Origin: Eledone cirrhosa
Lineage: Eukaryota
Assembly (NCBI GenBank): GCA_964016885.1
Contig: OZ024746.1
Coordinates: forward strand, 59,892,001 to 59,956,000
DNA length: 64,000 nucleotides
Direction of reading: 5' to 3'
How positions within the stretch are numbered: the first letter of the stretch is position 1; each line of letters begins with the position of its first letter. Positions 16,176 to 29,649 of the stretch are shown here, piece by piece. The notes under the pieces were generated by a model that had not been told where the DNA came from, did not search any database, and saw nothing but the letters and a program-made list of their open reading frames with translations. Made by a program: the position numbers and the translations under genes.

Positions 16176-16764
16176 TCTACTATATAAATTGGAAGTGGTC
16201 GGACGTTGTATATTTAAGTAAATAGGTGTAGTCGGATAACCGTCGAAACGGCTTGGTGGAATGCAGTTATGCAGAGTGACCCGAGGAGGCATTGGGTCGA
16301 CTTTTAGGGTACAAGCTTCCATGGTTACGGAGAAAATCGATGAAACATGAATTTCCCATTCAAATTGAACTGAGAGTAATCTGTGAACGCAGAAGTAAAT
16401 ATTTCGAGAAACGTTCCAACCGAACGAAAACAGGAAGACGATATTTTGGTTCGTGAAGACGTTCCCTGGCAATGAACGGAAAAAAAGCGAGAATAATACG
16501 TCGTTATGTGGAGCGAGAAGAACAATTTCATGCAAAGACAAGACCAAGTTTATGGTATAAATGGAGTCGTTAGACTAATATTCTATTTAACATAACAGAT
16601 GATTTCCAGCCCCGGAGTTTAAGAATGATGTAAATAAAATTGAAAACGAAAATGACAGAGGTTATTAAAATAGTAAAAGTAAATAGTGAAGATTTAGGCC
16701 AGTACATACGTATGCCCCGACGGACATACACATACATACGCACACACAAATACATACACACCCA

Positions 16765-16795
<31 letters not shown>

Positions 16796-17244
16796 GCGCG
16801 CGCGCGTATGTATAAACCGTATGCATTTCTACAGTATTTTCACCAAACTTAAGACATAGGTTACTTATGTACTCCGGATGGTCATGGGCACTTTCATTTT
16901 TACAGATATTGATTATAGGGCCTCCCGGCAGATAACCCCCTTTAACCACTTCCTTGGAGTCGACTGAAGAACTGCAGTGCAATGGAACAAAACGTCATAA
17001 CTCCTGGAGTTCGCAACCGATTTTCACAAAACTTGACACATGGGCTACGTTTGTTCTACAGATGAATGTGAACTCTCAGAATTGGCACATATTGAGTAGG
17101 GGACCCCTGGGGGCAGGAGCCCTCTTTTGGAAAAAGCCAATGATTTTGTAAAAGTATAGTTTTCGAAGTAGCACTGAAGTATTGACATAAATGGTATACA
17201 CAACTGCTATTTAATACCCGAGCAACGCCGGGTACCTCTGCTAG
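16176..17244 (+). mobile_element. Non-autonomous Helitron with both termini
   Basis: A|TCTACTATATAAA 5' end inside (TA)n, subterminal hairpin ACCCG-agcaacgc-CGGGT at 17216-17233, CTAG|T 3' end, no TSD. Confidence 0.8.
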
Positions 17245-17409
17245 TATTATATATATTATGTATGAGATAACGAAATTTCCTGTTAAAACGTTTTATTGCA
17301 TATCCAACTTACGTTTAGATCATTGAGAATCACCTGTTCAAGTAATAGCATCGAGTGTCCATATTGCTGCCACCTCCAGCGATTAACAATATTACTGAAT
17401 AATCTACAG

Positions 17410-17611
17410 GTGGATTGGATTGGCAGTATCGGTAGAGGGTCGGACGCCATGCTTTGACGCATAGAGTTACGGCCCTTGCCATTCTGAGTTCAAATCCCGT
17501 CGAGGTTAACTTTGCCTTTCATCCTTACGGGGTCGATCAAATAAAGTACCAGTCATGCACTGGGTAATTGCTGGCCTTGTGCCAAAACTAGAAACAATTA
17601 TATATATATAT
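17410..17611 (+). mobile_element. Family A SINE between the two Helitron 3' ends
   Basis: A box, B box, core and tail are all present. Confidence 0.85.
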
Positions 17612-17612
17612 A

Positions 17613-18887
17613 CTAGCAGAAGTGCCCGGCGTTGCTCGGAGTTTAATTGCTTTAAAGTATTCTTAATGATTCCACTCAATTATGATTATTCAGGCAAAGA
17701 AAGTAAATACGGGTAAGTTTGAAGATATACAACAATAGCAACTACTCACCATATGTCAGACCGGCAAGACTGTAGTGGTGCTGAATAGAGGAGTCACAAC
17801 CCCTCTATGTAAACCACATTTTTTGTTCTGCCTTTGGGCGCAAGTATGAATAAGTTCTGCTTGCATCCTACTCTTGAGCATGCGACGTATAATAGGCCGT
17901 GTGAGAAGCACCGCTGGGCTAAATGGAGGCCTGCCGTTGATAGCGTTTGGCCTTGGGACTTGTTGATTGACATCGCGAAGCAAAGTTTAACGGGGAATTG
18001 AAGTCGCCGCAGAGTACAGGGGCATTCCGTACCTGATGGAGTTAATGGTATTATGGGTATGAAGACGTTTTCTCCAGCGCCGCAGCCCGTGAGAATTGTG
18101 GCTTTAATTACATACGGCAGGAGGTTTCTTACCACTAACCGTGTTCCGTTGCAGAGACGCGGTGGTTCCAGGTTCCTCAACAGCATCACTGGAGTCCCAA
18201 CTTTGACGCGCAGTTCATGAGGTGGCAGTCCAGAGAGGTCCAAGGAATTGAGGAATTCTGTGGGAAAATCGTCAACCTCATCTTTGTCCACAACTTTGTT
18301 CACAGATTTGTGGGTTAGGAGGTTTCCAGGAATGCGTTGCAGAAGCTCCTCATTGATTTTTGCAACGGAGACATTTTTGGAAGCCAATATGACTCTATCG
18401 CACAGTCAACTCGTGTTTTTGTAGTTGATGGTCATATCGGGAAAGAAGAGGCTGTGAGGTCGTCAACAGTGTCGACAACGATGCCTACTTGCGAGACTGC
18501 CATTTCTCCAGCTGCATCTGAAGGTGCAGTGTCGTCACCAACTGTTAAGAGGTCCTTCGAGAAGTCGGCTGATGAGTGGTCGCCGAGCAGTTGGGCTCTC
18601 ATGTTTGTTGTGAGGGTCAGAGTTGTCACCTCCTGCCACAGGAGAGATTACTTAATGCAAGCCCCACAGTGTCGGCCCTGGTGGCTTTTGGAACAACTGG
18701 AAGAGTTTGTCGAAAATCGCCAGACAGCAGTAGAGGTACTCCTCCGATCGGCCGGTTGCATTCTCTGATCTCTCGTAGGGTCCTGTCTAACGCCTCAAGG
18801 GACCCTTTATGGGCCATTGTGCATTCGTCCCACAGAATTAGCTGGCATCTTTTCAAAACTTCTGCTTTGTCAGAGTCCTTGGTGATA
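17613..18887 (-). mobile_element. 5'-truncated Helitron encoding a frameshifted Pif1-type helicase C-terminus
   Basis: LILWDECTM, LLSGDFRQTLPV, LRNL...LCNGTRL, FAMSINKSQGQTL, FSHGLLYVACSRV over three frames. 3' hairpin and CTAG|T at 17613. Confidence 0.9.
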
Positions 18888-19147
18888 TAAAGTACCAGTC
18901 GTGCACTGGGTAATTGCTGGCCTTGTGCCAAAACTAGAAACAATTATATATATATATATCGACAATCGATTGACTTTCGTCAAATCGGACCGAGGAAACA
19001 ATGTTTCCATTGGTCTTTCCAATTTCTAATGCTCTCTATCGGTCGCAACTCCAGGTAGAAGGAGCAAAGTGTCTTTCCCAAGGACATAACGCATCACCCA
19101 GTCTAGGAATCGAACTCACTACCTCACGATTATATATATCATATATA

Positions 19148-19182
<35 letters not shown>

Positions 19183-19240
19183 CGTTTCTGAATTTGTTTA
19201 GCAAGATTCTTTATCTGAAAACGTGTGTTGAAACCGATAT

Positions 19241-19632
19241 TGTTATGCTTTGGGAGGGTCATGTTGCCAATAAGAAATACACGCACCAGTTGCTTTCACT
19301 TCAATTTATTATATATTAAATTTATAAATTTCCGCTTGGTTGGTTGGTTCCACAACCAGACGATTGTTCATATATTGTCAAAGTTCTTTCGTCACACATT
19401 ATGTGGCCTCTTCAGTGACTGGGGATTATTTTCTTTGTTTTTGTGTCTCTCCTTTATTCTGTCCTACGCCATCTTGTTTTTATGTGTGTTGTGTGCTTAG
19501 TTTGCGCATGTGTTACATCCGGGTGTCTGTGTGTGTTTATATTTGTTTATTTATTTGTTTATTTACATGTTACTGGTTGGTTTTTTGTTCTATGTGTGTG
19601 TGTGTTTTCATTTTGTCCTTAATTGTAAGTTG
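19241..19632 (+). repeat. Dispersed repeat X (second copy 21316-21733, inverted diverged partial copy about 21080-21260)
   Basis: gttatgctttgggagggtcatgttgccaataagaaa ... ttgtccttaattgtaagttg is shared between the copies. Confidence 0.9.
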
Positions 19633-19885
19633 AAAGCGTCAAGCAAGATACTTCTAAATTTGTTACTGGCTGAGGGCTATTTTAACTTATATAACCTTCT
19701 TCTCCAAATCACCCTCTGTCTCTGAGTTTGTCTAGCCCTAACTATAAAGAAACTAACTACTTCCTCACCAGGAAGGAAATTTGTGTTTACAACCATTATT
19801 GTATCTCGTTCTCCGGAGAAGAAAAAATTATATTTTGCTGGTGTGTTCACCTGATCTATAAGTGATCAAGTGGTTGCTTAGTTTA
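19633..19885 (-). mobile_element. Inverted 5' part of the degenerate RTE at 21737
   Basis: Reverse complement matches about 41865-42133 (cacttgatcacttatagatcaggtgaacacac...). Confidence 0.75.
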
Positions 19886-19899
19886 TTTTTAAGTATGTG

Positions 19900-19982
<83 letters not shown>

Positions 19983-21255
19983 ATATGCCTGGATATATCA
20001 ATTGAGAAACAAACTAGTATTTTGTAAATACATATAGAGCAAATCATATGTAGATTTAAATATAAGTTTAAATATATACTCATCATCATCATCATCATTA
20101 TACGTCCGCTTTTCCCTGTTTGCAAGGTATTAATATATATGAGTATGTATTTAAATTTGTATTAAATTTGCTATATATATATATATATATACATATATAT
20201 ACATATACATATACATATATATACATATATATATATATACATATACATATATATATATATACATATATATATATACATATACATATATATATATACATAT
20301 ATATATATACATATACATATATATATATACATATATATATACATATACATATATATACATATATATATATATATACATATACACATATATATATATACAT
20401 ATGCATATATATATATACATATGCATATATATATACATATGCATATATATATACATATGCATATATATATGCATATACATATATATATATATACATATGC
20501 ATATATATATACATATGCATATATATATATACATATGCATATATATATATATATATATACAGAACACTAGTTTGTTTCTCAATTGATATGTCCAGGTATA
20601 TAACGTTTGCACTTATATTATAGATGTTCTGAACAGACGTTTATTGAGCTTTGTACCGAGAAACATTATCGATATATATTTTATATGTATTGATTAAACC
20701 TAAAATTAGCTTATCTATATACGGAAGTCACCGAATTTATTCTAGTGACCCCCGGGCCATAGTTCACACACTCCATGCAATAACAAGTGTGCTGTTGGAA
20801 GCTGGTCTTTGCATTGCAGAGCGAACACAATTGGTTAGTTAATGATTTATACGGCATTTATCAAGTATTGGTTACATTGATCTGTCTCCTGTACGGAATT
20901 ATGTTTTGGCGCAATTATCCGTCTTTAACAGTTATTATAATCGTTATATGCGAGGACCATGTAATAGCGTTAAATATTACGTAATCCAGGCTAATTACAA
21001 CTCATCAGCAAGGATACCCGACACTCCTGTTATTTTGTGTCTCTCCTTTGTTCTGTCCAACGCCATCTTGTTTATGTATAACAATAAAGGTAGTCACTGA
21101 GGAGGTCACATAATGTGTAACGAAAGAACTTTGACAATTAACAATTAAACAACCATCCAGCTACTAAACTAACCGACTAAGAGTTTATAATAAATTGAAG
21201 TGAAAAGCCAACAGGTACGTATGTTTTTATTGGCAGTATGGCCCTCTCAAAGTAT

Positions 21256-21320
<65 letters not shown>

Positions 21321-21736
21321 TGCTTTGGGAGGGTCATGTTGCCAATAAGAAACACACGCACCAGTTGCTTTCACTTCAATTTATTATAAATTAAATTTAT
21401 AAATTTAAGAATTTATAAATTTCCGCTTAGTTGGTTGGTTCCACAACCAGACGATTGTTCATATATTGTCAAAGTTCTTTCGTCACACATTCTGTGACCT
21501 CTTCAATGACTGGGGATTCTGTTCTTTGTTTGTGTGTCTCTCCTTTGTTCTGTCCTACGCCATCTTGGTTTTGTGTGTGTTGTGTGCTTAGTTTGCGCAT
21601 GTGTTACATCCGGGTGTCTGTGTGTGTTTATATTTGTTTATTTATTTGTTTATTTATTTGTTTATTTATATGTTACTGGTTGGTTGTTTGTTCTGTGTGT
21701 GTGTGTTTTCATTTTGTCCTTAATTGTAAGTTGTCG

Positions 21737-23950
21737 AAATTTAGAAGTATCTTGCTTGACGCTTTCGACAGCATAGAAGAAATAAAGACTTACAATATAG
21801 AGAGATAATCTGCTCAAGTCCACAAACGAGATTTGTGACTGGAGCAGGGCTCCAGGGAGAAGAGTGGGTGACTTGGTGGTAGAATAGTAGAGTGGATAAG
21901 ACAATTAAGGCCACAAGAGAGACATGGGAGGAATGGCAGAATGGGGGAAGCAGAGAACACTACCAAGAAGCTAGGCGATACGTATATTTTGCAATGAGAG
22001 AAGCAGAAAAAGAAATTAAGTATGTTTCGCGACGTGAGGACCAAAGACGTGAGGTGTTCAAGATTTAGAAGCAGTGTGTCAAGGAAAATTGTGATGTTGT
22101 TGGGGAGAAGTGTGTCCAGGATGATAATGGCGCACTTTCCCTCGCCAAAGCTGAAGAAAAGGTAGCATAGAAGTGCCAATATGAAAAACCACTGAAGAAA
22201 ATTTAGAGGCATTGAGTCGACAGACCAGGTCATGACAGTTACAGAAAGAGTTATCGTAGCGCTGATTAGGACCAAATTAACCTAGATTAGATGCAGTTTG
22301 GATTTGTTCCAGGTAAAAGTACCACTGATGCTCTCTTCCTTGTGAAGTAACGCAGACGTACCTAACTAAAAGTAAGCCTCTCTACTTGACATTTGTTGAT
22401 CTAGAGAAAGTTTCTGACAGAGTCCTCCGTTCCATTGTCTGGTGGGCTCTTAGAAGACTTGGAGTAGATGAGTGGCTTGTGAGAGCAATACCAGCCATGT
22501 ACAGAGGGGAAGTCAACAAGATTAAAATTAATAATGACTATAATGAGGAGTTTAGCGTATAAGTTGCGGTCCATCAGGGGTCTATTATTATCCCTCTCTT
22601 GTTTATTATCGTCCTGCTGGCTATAACGAAAGAGTTTAAGACTGGCTGTCCATGGAAACTCCTATGTGCTCATGATCTAACCCTCATAGCTGAATCTATG
22701 GCAGAATTAGAGAAGAAATTCCAGACCTGGAAGCATACCTTGAAAGCAAAGTCTTATAATCAACTTTGCAAACACAAAAATCCTAGTAAGTATAAAGAGA
22801 AAACAAGGTCCTAATCCCTTCAGAGAAATGGCTTTGCTCAGTGTGCAGGAAAAGAGTAGGTAGAAATGTCATCCTATGTCCCAAATACAAACTATGCGTA
22901 TACAAGAGATGCTGTGGATGCTCAAGCTGACTAACGAAGAACGTATGTTTCATATATGGCTACCGATGCATAAGAGGAGTAAGCAGCAAGAGTTCACAGG
23001 AAATAAGCTCTTTTAAATGCATGGAGGACTCTGTAGATGTAGTTGATAGCTTTTATTACCTGAATGACCAAATTAGGAATGAAAATACAATAGCCAGAAT
23101 GAGAACGAGATGGAAAATTTCAGGAAGCTACTACCGCTACTAGCTACAAAAGTGTTTTCCTCAAAATAGAAGGCAGATTGTATGATGCTTGTGTACGAAC
23201 AATACTACATGAGAATGAGACCTGTGCAGAGGGCCAACGAAGATTGGGGAAAAAATGAAGCTTGCATGCTTCAATGGATGTGTAATATAAGTATGGATGA
23301 ATGGCAATGAACTGAGAGAGAAACTGGGCATATGAAAGGTCAGATGGAGTATGCAGGAGGAGATTGCGAAGGTATGGACATGTGATTCGTATGGAGGACG
23401 ACAGCTGTATAAAAAGGTGCAGGTTACTCAGAGTCAAGGAAAACTAAGGAACAGGAATACCTAGGAAAGCTTGGAATGAAATGATAAAAGCTTCTTCTTC
23501 TTCGCCCACTTATTCCTGAGAGGGTCGTGGGAACAGAGTCCTCAAACACTCCTTCCAGTGGGTCCTGTCAGAAGCAACCGTCTCCAACTAATCCAGCTGG
23601 ATCCCCATATTCATGGATGTTATCCAACCATCTTGCTCGGGATCTACCCCTGGGTCTCCTGCCAGTTGGTTTTGCTCGTAAAATCTGTCCAGCGATTCTT
23701 TCCTAAGACATTCTAACCACATGCCTATAGTATCGGAGCTGTGATCTCTCAATATAGAGAAGTAACGGCTCTACCTGGAGTGACTGTCTGATCTCCGAAC
23801 TATGCACTTTATCGAGTAACGTTACTCCAAAGACCCTTCGGAGGAATCCCATGACCTTGTAAATTTAAACCTCTCAAAGGTGATAACACAGGATCGAGAT
23901 CTCTAGCGTTATGCAGTACTGCAGAAGACCCGTTTCCCATGTACACAGGA
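21737..23950 (+). mobile_element. Older degenerate copy of the same RTE family
   Basis: Collinear nucleotide similarity to about 42105-44325 (e.g. atgcagtttggatttgttccaggtaaaagtacc; EFKTGCPWKLL), with many stops and deletions. Confidence 0.85.
23490..23850 (-). mobile_element. 3' fragment of a second RTE family nested in the degenerate RTE
   Basis: Matches about 55815-56140. It has a (GAA)n tail and interrupts the host LINE, which resumes at about 23851. Confidence 0.75.
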
Positions 23951-24499
23951 TGAAACTAACATGTAGTATACACTAATCTGCACAAGTCTTCTCCCTATCC
24001 CTCCCCAATTCACCCTTCCTAGTTTTAATACCAGCTAAAATTTCCCACTAACCTCGTCCATGTCCAACTTCCATACACATCCCCTCCCCAACCTTCACCT
24101 TCCTCATCCCTGATGCGCCTCTGTTGTCCAACCCATGCATCTATGCATGGAAAGCTTGACATGCTCCACATTTTCTCCCTCGTGAGGCTGCTGCCATGAC
24201 AGAAAAATCACTAAGTCCACCCTGTATAATGGTTTGGTGCCACAACAACAAAAGCACCCAGTTCATCATATGAGGTGATCGTGTTGGTGACACAAGAAGC
24301 TCCCAATCCACCCTGTACGGTGGTTCTGTTGGTGACACGAAGAAAAAAACACCCAGTCCACATTGTAACATATATGTATGAGCAAGACGTGCTCTCCAGA
24401 TGACTTATTTCATAATGTGATAACACATCTAACCCATGCAAACGTGGAAAAACGGACGTAAAACGGTGATGACATATAAGCATATTTACACACACCCAC

Positions 24500-24646
<147 letters not shown>

Positions 24647-25273
24647 TACACATTATACATTCATATATATACACTCACACACATGTATATAAGTGCATGT
24701 GTTAGGTAGGTATTTGGATATTTTAACCATATAACAAATATATCTGTATCCGAGAAACTCACTACTACTACTACATCATCTTCTGTCCCTCAAATCCCAT
24801 GATTGGTACCATTCCTGTGCAACCGTCTCATCCACCTCAAAATGGACCCTATGCTTGATCTTTCTACCTGCTAAAAATAGCAGTCAAATCTTCCTTAAAT
24901 TAAACTCTTTAAAGGGGATGAAAATGAAGATTACGTTATATATAAAGATAGAGAGGTCATGTCTAAAATGGTAATCAATTATTTTTTAACTACGTAAGAG
25001 TTGTCTAAGTACTTTTCAAGTAAGACAACTCTTACGTAGTTAGAAAATAATTGATTTTAGAGTTATTCCCCCTGATTGTTTTTGTTGTTTTTTTTTATTA
25101 ATTTGATTGGGTGAGCTACGTTAAATCGTTAAGCAAATTGATTCAAGACGTAACCGTCTATTTCACTTGTTTTTTTGTTTATCACTGATCCAGCATACCA
25201 ACAAATAAAGGCGCTTCAGTCAAGGTCATCATGTTTCTAAGGGCATCTAAGATTACATGGTATATGAACTTAT

Positions 25274-25854
25274 AGTATATGTACAGCTCTGAGTTTTTCA
25301 TCCTCAGTGTATACTGATTAATGTTCAGAGCCATCCTCAGCATTCTCGTGTAGCACCCATCCACCATCTGAGTGAGTCTCTTGGTCAGTGTCCAAGTCTC
25401 AGACCCATACAGCAGCACAGACTCCACTACAGCAATGAAGAGGCGGGTTTTCAGGTCTCTACGAAGGTCCGACTTCCACACCGATCTCAAGCTGTGACAC
25501 GCCGCCCAGGCCTTGCTCTTCCTCTCAACCACATCATCTTCCGTATTCCCAATCTTTGCTCCCAAAAGTCAGCTCAAAAGTGACACAGAGGAGACTGAGG
25601 TTGGCTGGACATGCTCACCGACATCCAGAGTTGACATTGCACTCAGTGCTCCTTTGGGAGCCCCTACATGGACACACTAGAAGAGGAAGACCAAGGTTAA
25701 CATATGTTGATGCCCTAAGGACAGACACTGGTCTGTTGGAGATGCAGGATATGGCAGCGATAATGAGGGACAGAGACCGCTGGAGAGAACTCGTCCATGG
25801 ATCTCGGGAATTTTACCCGCCTTAGATAGATAGATAGATAGAGTATATGTACAG
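25274..25854 (+). mobile_element. RTE/RTE-X-like LINE 3' fragment with an inverted 5' segment and 13-bp TSD
   Basis: Minus arm encodes VESVLLYGSETWTL...NSELY. Plus arm encodes LPKVS...RRLRLAGH...RGRP...RDRWR. (GATA)n tail. agtatatgtacag occurs at 25274 and 25842. Confidence 0.88.
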
Positions 25855-28800
25855 GCTAGATACTTAGGGAGTTCGTTTCGAAATCATGAGGTTCTGGACT
25901 CGATCTCACAATCTGTCGTCTGGGACAAGTATCATTCACCATGACCTCGTGTTGACCAAAGCTTTGTGAGGTAAAGTGAGTGGGTGGAAACTGTATGTAA
26001 ACCTGTCAGATGGATTGAACCTGTAATTTCAAAGAGGCAGCCTTGTCACGTATTGTGTCACATTGATTTGGCTTGTGAATTACGTTAAATGTATATGTAT
26101 CTGTGGAATACTCAGCCACTTACACGTTAACTCACTATATAAGGATCGGTTGATCGAATAACTGAAGGTCTATCGCCAAAGCCAGCGGAGAATTCATCAC
26201 ATGATGTTGATGTGTCTTTTCGTTTTCAAGACAATGGAACGTGATTTAAGGTAGATTTTTGTTGTTATTTCTAACACGTGGAGCAATCACGTACATGCCT
26301 CCTTACTAGCTCGTTTAACAAAGATTTTTCAGAATGAGACAGTCGACACCTCCCAGTGGCAACATCGACGTGTTTTGATATCGTTTATACCAATTACAAT
26401 CGTAACTGAAGCTCTTATACAAAATAATCAGTAGACCTTCTTTTCGGCGACGCAATTCTGAAAATATTAATTCCTTATATTGGCATACCATCATTTTATA
26501 TACGCATGGATTAGACAGGTCGTTATAGACCAAGTCAGTACTTAATTTGAGCTACTGTCCTCCTAGACAGACCAGGGACCATGTTTCTCTCAATATGTTC
26601 CATTTGGTGCATGGTTTCTACAGTTGGATACCCTTCCTAACTCTAACCATTGTCACCGCTTAGAGATAAGGGCAGTATCCATAACACTTTTCAATACCTT
26701 CAATATTGATGGTAGGAATGAAAATAGATATCCGCAGACCTAGGCTTGCAACAGTATGGATTCTACTAAAGGTACCCAAGGATCAGGTGATGGCGTTAAA
26801 TTGGGTGGCTGAGGCCACAGTGGAATTTGAAGTACTACAAAGCATCTTGTCCGCCGCTCTAGCAATTCTGCCAATCCACAGTAATAAACTCGTACTTTTA
26901 TTTCATCAACCACTGAAGGATGAAAAGGCAAAATGAATTTAAGTCAAACACCATGAGGCATTTTATCCGACGTTTGCAAAAGGCTTGAGGTGGTTTCTTT
27001 TGTGGTTAGTTATACATTTATAGCGGACAATAATGTGATTATGCGAGTTATTCGTCTCTTAAAAACATTACTCATGAATATGAATCGAACTATAACCCAT
27101 TTGAAAACGACAGAGTTTCGTCCCTTATAGTAAATGCAGCGAAAGAGGGTGTCAATATTTCAATAAATTTATGGGTTTCGTGTGCGTAGACACGACTGAA
27201 TGTATAAGAAGTTCTAATTACAATCATCAGGGTCTGAGCCCGATCCCATTGCGTGACATCTTAGGTTGATCCAATCCTTGAGTAAAATTGGATAAACAGA
27301 AAATGCATAAAAGGCCGTTGGGTGGATTGTACATGTAATTCAAATATTTGGGTGTGTGTGCATATGTAAAGTATATATAACTTGCATATATCTAGTTGTT
27401 GTAGACAAGCCCCTGATAAGCCTTGATCTAGCGTCCCAAATGATGAAAGACATTCCAGCTATGACCATCGCATCTTTTATTCACATGGCATATCTATGAT
27501 TACTCTTTTGTTTGCTTAAAATGCTTATATTTACATTTATCTAAAAACCTTCCATCATGATTTTCTGTAAAAACCTTTGTCTCAAACACCAAATAAATTC
27601 TTCATTATTTTCAAATCAGACAGTTTTTCATTAGAAACATAAAAATGAAAGGGCTAATAAATTGAGCATGAAACTTTGATGAAAAACTTGTCTGTTGATT
27701 GATGGTAACAAAATATGATCATACATCTGAACAGATTATGACTTTACTATAAAATGAGGTATTGTAGCTTGTTTTAAATAGGTTACCATATCCCTGCAAA
27801 AAAGGCAGCTAAAGAAGTTGTATCTGGCATCTGGCTGTAAAATATTGCTTCGAAAAGGATTCCATGATGTTTATGAGCTTGTCATGGGGTTCTGCAAGGC
27901 TAGCCCCTGCTTTAGCAGGGAAAATGGCCTTACAACGTTTGTTGGTGTGCATGGGAATGTGTGTTCGCCCCAGTATAGAATTGCTGTAAGTGATTAAAAT
28001 GGCTGTCACCAAGAAGAGCCTCAAAAAGGACCCTATGACAACTATGATTTAAACCTGTTGTGGGGGGCTCACAATGATAACCCTTGCTTTTGAAAGCAGG
28101 GAAATTTACCTTAAAATGCTTGCTGTCAGCAGAGATCTAACTAAAGTTGTACAATATACATTATAGTGAAAAATATCCACAACTAGACAGAAGAATTATT
28201 GTCATGGACAGTGATGAGAAATTTTAGTGATTTTTTTTTAAATTCTTATTCAATCCCCACACACCTCACCCGACCCAACAGTGATGATAATGATGATTCT
28301 GTAATGATTTAGTAAAATATACTTATAAATGGATTTTTTTTTATACTTATTAATGTCTGCTTTCCACACTGGTAGATAAGTAGTTACATCCATGACCAGG
28401 CAGGTCAAATCAACCCATCTTGCTCATGTAGGCTTTTCTTCATGCTAACCATATTACAGGGTGTACTGAGTGCATTTTTTTCATGGTACCACCAATACCA
28501 CTTTATGGAGTACACTGGGTGCATATTTTCTTTTTTTCATGACACCAACACTAATACTTCACAGGGTGTACTGGGTGCATTTTATCATGACACCAGCACT
28601 AGAGAGGTTGTTACATGTTCATCCAGACTGAAGCATCCTCTCAAACACTATATTGTCTCCATCACTCACTACAGTTACATTTTCAAATATTTATAGTATC
28701 TTTACTTGTGGACAGATTGTTGTAAAAATTTGCTGCATTAAAATAATGACAATTTTTAATATGATGCAGTCAGTCATAGCGCTAGTTTGTACATTTTAAG

Positions 28801-29469
28801 AATATTTTGCTGATGTGAATCCATGTAGTAAAAGATGTCATGAATTTAAAAAAAAAAAAAACAATGTAAAAATAACCAAATTTGGTAATTCCATGAGAGC
28901 AAAAATTTATAAGAAAGTTTGTGACTGCGGCTGTGGTTGTTCTTGTAGACTTACGGTAGGAAATAGTGTTCATAAAGAACTGTCTCCTCTTTCACTGGAA
29001 AATCTGTTTGCAGAGGATGGGAGGGGGGGGGGTCAAGGAATTGGAGACAATGTAAGACAATTGAGGCTCTGTTTGTTTCATGTTGGAACTAATCAGAGAA
29101 TTCAAGACTTTGTTCTTAAATGCTAAGGGAAAGGTACTTTTTGTTAGTTAAAAATGTTTAATAAATAGGTTTTTCTCAAATATTGAGCAAGAGGGAGGAC
29201 TAAGTTGAGAATGGTGTTGGAACATTTTTCAATTTTGCTTTTTTTTTGTTTTTATTTCATTATCGTTTCAGTTTTATTTATTTATTTCATTTTGATAGCA
29301 CATTGTCGCTTTCTGATTGCATAGTTTGATCAATGTGTAAATAGTGGTGAGTTTTATATGTAAGGTATATATGTATTCATGTAAATATATGTGTGAGTGA
29401 GTGTGTATTTTTGTATATATGTATAAATGTATATTTGTATGAGTGTGTGTGTGTATGCATATGTATAAA

Positions 29470-29536
<67 letters not shown>

Positions 29537-29649
29537 CATCATCATTTTTATGTCCATTTTTCCACACTTGCACAGGTTGGACGAATACATACATGTATAT
29601 AAACAATATACAAGGTACACTTAAGACATTTTCAGACTTTTTTCTTTTC

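Noticed and set aside
17794-18943. Host PIF1 helicase gene
   Set aside because: It is frameshifted, intronless and truncated, and ends in a Helitron hairpin plus CTAG.
28782-29126. Short ORFs that might be an extra C19orf47 coding exon
   Set aside because: The CDS already terminates at 34407 with the conserved C-terminal motif, and these ORFs show no recognisable protein similarity.
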